Source: Caecitellus pseudoparvulus | Taxonomy: Eukaryota; Protista; Bigyra: Bicosoecida | DNA: 7,088 bases | Reading direction: 5' to 3' | NCBI GenBank assembly: GCA_965644315.1 | Contig: CBFFRQ010000118.1 | Coordinates: 1-7,088 of the forward strand | Shown here: positions 4,805 through 7,088 of the stretch, in pieces | How the letters are laid out: each line of letters begins with the position of its first letter | Position numbering within the stretch: the first letter of the stretch is position 1 | Notes under the pieces: generated by a model | Databases searched by the model: none | Told to the model about the DNA's origin: nothing | The model's input: the letters and a program-made list of their open reading frames with translations, nothing else | Position numbers and translations under genes: made by a program

Positions 4805-6857
4805 CTACTGCTGCTGCGCGGCAGTCAGTGCCTCGTTTTCCTCACACGCAGCGGTGAAGTCCTTCACGGCCCGCACGTACGCACGCTGGGCAGCCTTGAG
4901 CTCACCATGTGCTGATCGGGTCGTCTCCAGGGCCAGCCGCCGCTCTCGCAGAATGCCCTGCTGCTCGGCCAGGCTCGCTCGAAGGCCGTCCAACGCGCCG
5001 CCAACAGAACTCATGAACTGCCCCGTTCCAGTCGTGGACTTCATCGCTGGCTCGAAGGTTTCGCCCATGGAGGACAGCAAGGAGTCCTCATGCTCCAGGT
5101 ACTTGCGCCGAGCAGTGGTGGCGTTGAAAGTGGTGTAGTGCGCGCGCAACTCCTCCATCTGCCGCGCCATCGTGTCGTACAGCTCCATGAACCGCCGCTC
5201 GTACTGCAAAAGCTCCCCCCTGGACGGGACATCGTCAATCAACCGTTGCAGGCGGTCTAATTCCCGGCTGCGCCTTGCCAGCATGCCGCGCAGGCGCCTC
5301 TGCTTCGCCAGCGTTTCGCTGTAAGCCGCTTCGATTTCGGACAACCGCGCGCCATCCTTGGACTCGCTCTGTGATCCAGCTGCGCCATCAGCGGCCGCTG
5401 CAGCGGCGACTTTGAGGCCCGCCAGCTCTTGCTCGAGCTCCACAGCCTTGCGCCGGCAGTTGGCTTTGAACTCCTCCTCTTGCGTTGCAAGCGTGCCTTG
5501 CATGTGCTGCAACTTGCGAATCTTCGCAAACACTGCCCCTTGCCCCATCTCCTCCACCGAGTGGGCGATGGCATCCAGCGCCGCCTGCAACTTGGGGCCA
5601 TACTCCCTGCGTTTTGACAGCTCCTGGCGCAGTGCTGCGCTTGACTCCTCCGCTGCGCTGGCTTCCTCCGCTGCAATGTCTCGCTTAGCCTCCGCCACCG
5701 CCAGGCGCCGGCGCAGGGACGCCACCTTCCGCGTATGAGCCTGGGCACGGCCCATGGCAGTATTGGCCAGCAGTTCTCCCGATTCTGAGGCACGCTGCAG
5801 CTCCTCAGCCCGCGCACTGTACTGTGCTGTCTGCGCACGCAGCGCGTCAGCCTGCAACGACAACACGCCACCCACAGCGTCTCCGCTCAGCCGGCTGCCA
5901 CCGCCGCCGCCTGAGCTGGACATGCCAGACAAGATCTCCTCCTGCATGGCTTTGTCCTTCTCGGCTTGCGCCTTGGCGCGTGCCTCCGCCGCTTTCTGCG
6001 CCTTGGCCAGCTTGCGGTCGCTGGCGTGCCCTGCTGTGGCGCCCCCGCCCTGGCCCCCCTCCCCTGCACCGCCCATGATGCTGCCACGCTGTGTGCCAGA
6101 CATGCGCCCCGTGTCAATGCGCTCGCCGTACTCCAGCAGTGCGCAGGCAATGCGGGCACCAGCGTCCAGGTTGCTGCGCCACATCCCGGCGTTTCTCCGG
6201 TACTGCCGCTTGGCAGCGTACCTGTCCTGCACTAACCCAAGGAAGTCCGTGCTATGAGGCACTACTGTTCGCGGGACAAAGTAGTTGGCTTCAAAGTGCG
6301 TCTCTGACCCGGCGCGGGCGGAAGCGCTGTGGGCAGCGCGGTACTCCAGCACCCTGGTGACGAGCCAGCGCACGACCGGCAGCATTGCGTCGAAGTGCTT
6401 GCCTGAAATCTGACTGGACTGCAGAGATGCAGGGCACCCCATGTCACGCAGCACGTCAATGACCTTTTCTCCAATGCGGCTGTGACAGAGCGCGGCAGAG
6501 CGGCGTGTGGGTGCTTGCCAGAGCTAAATGAAGCGCGGCACCAACATCTTCTTGCCCAAGGACAAGCTCTCGTCAAACTTCAGAGACACCGATGCAACGC
6601 TGCCACTATTTGCAATTGCCCAGCACATGCCGCCGATCACCTATGGAGGGTGGGAGGCGCTTTGGATACGGCCAGCGCAAAGTGCACTGCACTTTGCGGC
6701 TTACCTTGTCGAAAGGCGTCAGCCCAGGCGCACGAGCCCGGAAGTAACCAGCTGACAGAAGAAGCCCCAGAACTTCAGCTAGTTTCGTCGCCTGCAACTG
6801 CGACTCCTCTGTGGACGTCTGGTCCTCCCCGCTGGCTGTGGCTGCGCTGCTAAACAT
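4805..6857 (-). CDS. CCDC93: Coiled-coil domain-containing protein 93 (CCC/Commander endosomal recycling complex), 3 exons: 6857..6705, 6640..6546, 6479..4805, 640 aa
   Basis: The spliced N-terminus [24 protein letters not shown]|VIGGMCWAI...GKKI|[16 protein letters not shown]...[14 protein letters not shown] and the C-terminal [25 protein letters not shown] match the CCDC93 signature motifs as I recall them. There is a long coiled coil between. ATG is at 6857 and TAG at 4807-4805. Confidence 0.93.
6480..6545 (-). other. Spliceosomal intron, 66 nt, phase 2 (CCDC93 intron 2)
   Basis: AT|GTTGGT...GTCACAG|C gives ATC (Ile) and restores GxKI...EK spacing. The intron contains an in-frame TAG, so it must be removed. 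Confidence 0.82.
6641..6704 (-). other. Spliceosomal intron, 64 nt, phase 0 (CCDC93 intron 1)
   Basis: AAG|GTAAGC...CTCCATAG|GTG. Restores the conserved FDKVIGGM. Confidence 0.92.
6676..6698. repeat. Perfect 11-bp inverted repeat with 1-nt spacer inside CCDC93 intron 1
   Basis: The + strand reads CGCAAAGTGCA-C-TGCACTTTGCG. Confidence 0.9.
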
Positions 6858-7088
6858 GGTGTGTGGCCTTGCCCTCTCTGGCACGCGTCAGGCTCATGCA
6901 CGGCCCAGAACGTGACAGTGACCGGTGATCCACCTTCACTGACAAGCTGAAGATACCAGGTGGATCTGGGAGGTGAGCCAGGGGGCGGGTTGTGCCTCGC
7001 TCCTCCGAATGTGCGTGGCGCAGACTCTCGAGCCCTCCGCACATCATCGCACACGCAGCGTGCAGGGAGCGACCTCAGCGCCCCCCCG

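Noticed and set aside
2087-4807. Stop-codon reassignment producing one giant polyprotein
   Set aside because: TAA, TAG and TGA all end genes at plausible positions (CCDC93 is about the expected length), and none occurs inside conserved domains.
183-6857. Functional gene cluster (purine metabolism, Ca2+ signalling, transcription, endosomal recycling)
   Set aside because: No known pathway links these four products. Adjacency is most simply genome compaction unless synteny is conserved.

Overview
Gene-dense, GC-rich eukaryotic (protist-like) genomic DNA, not prokaryotic. It holds the Lys-rich 3' end of a + strand gene (<1..150), converging on four tightly packed - strand genes. In transcription order these are CCDC93 (3 exons, 640 aa), a Reb1/TTF1/DMTF1-type multi-Myb DNA-binding protein (3 exons, about 519 aa), an EF-hand protein (about 271 aa) and an adenosine deaminase-family enzyme (2 exons, about 494 aa). 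Five GT-AG introns of 62-71 nt could be placed by restoring conserved protein motifs. The genes are mostly housekeeping. The notable features are architectural: very short spacers (87, 126, 348 nt; 32 nt between convergent stops), all three tandem junctions in the same reading frame, hairpins just after intron donors, and a spacer with a small ORF and C/D-box/intron-like signals. I found no mobile element, CRISPR array or clearly novel system.
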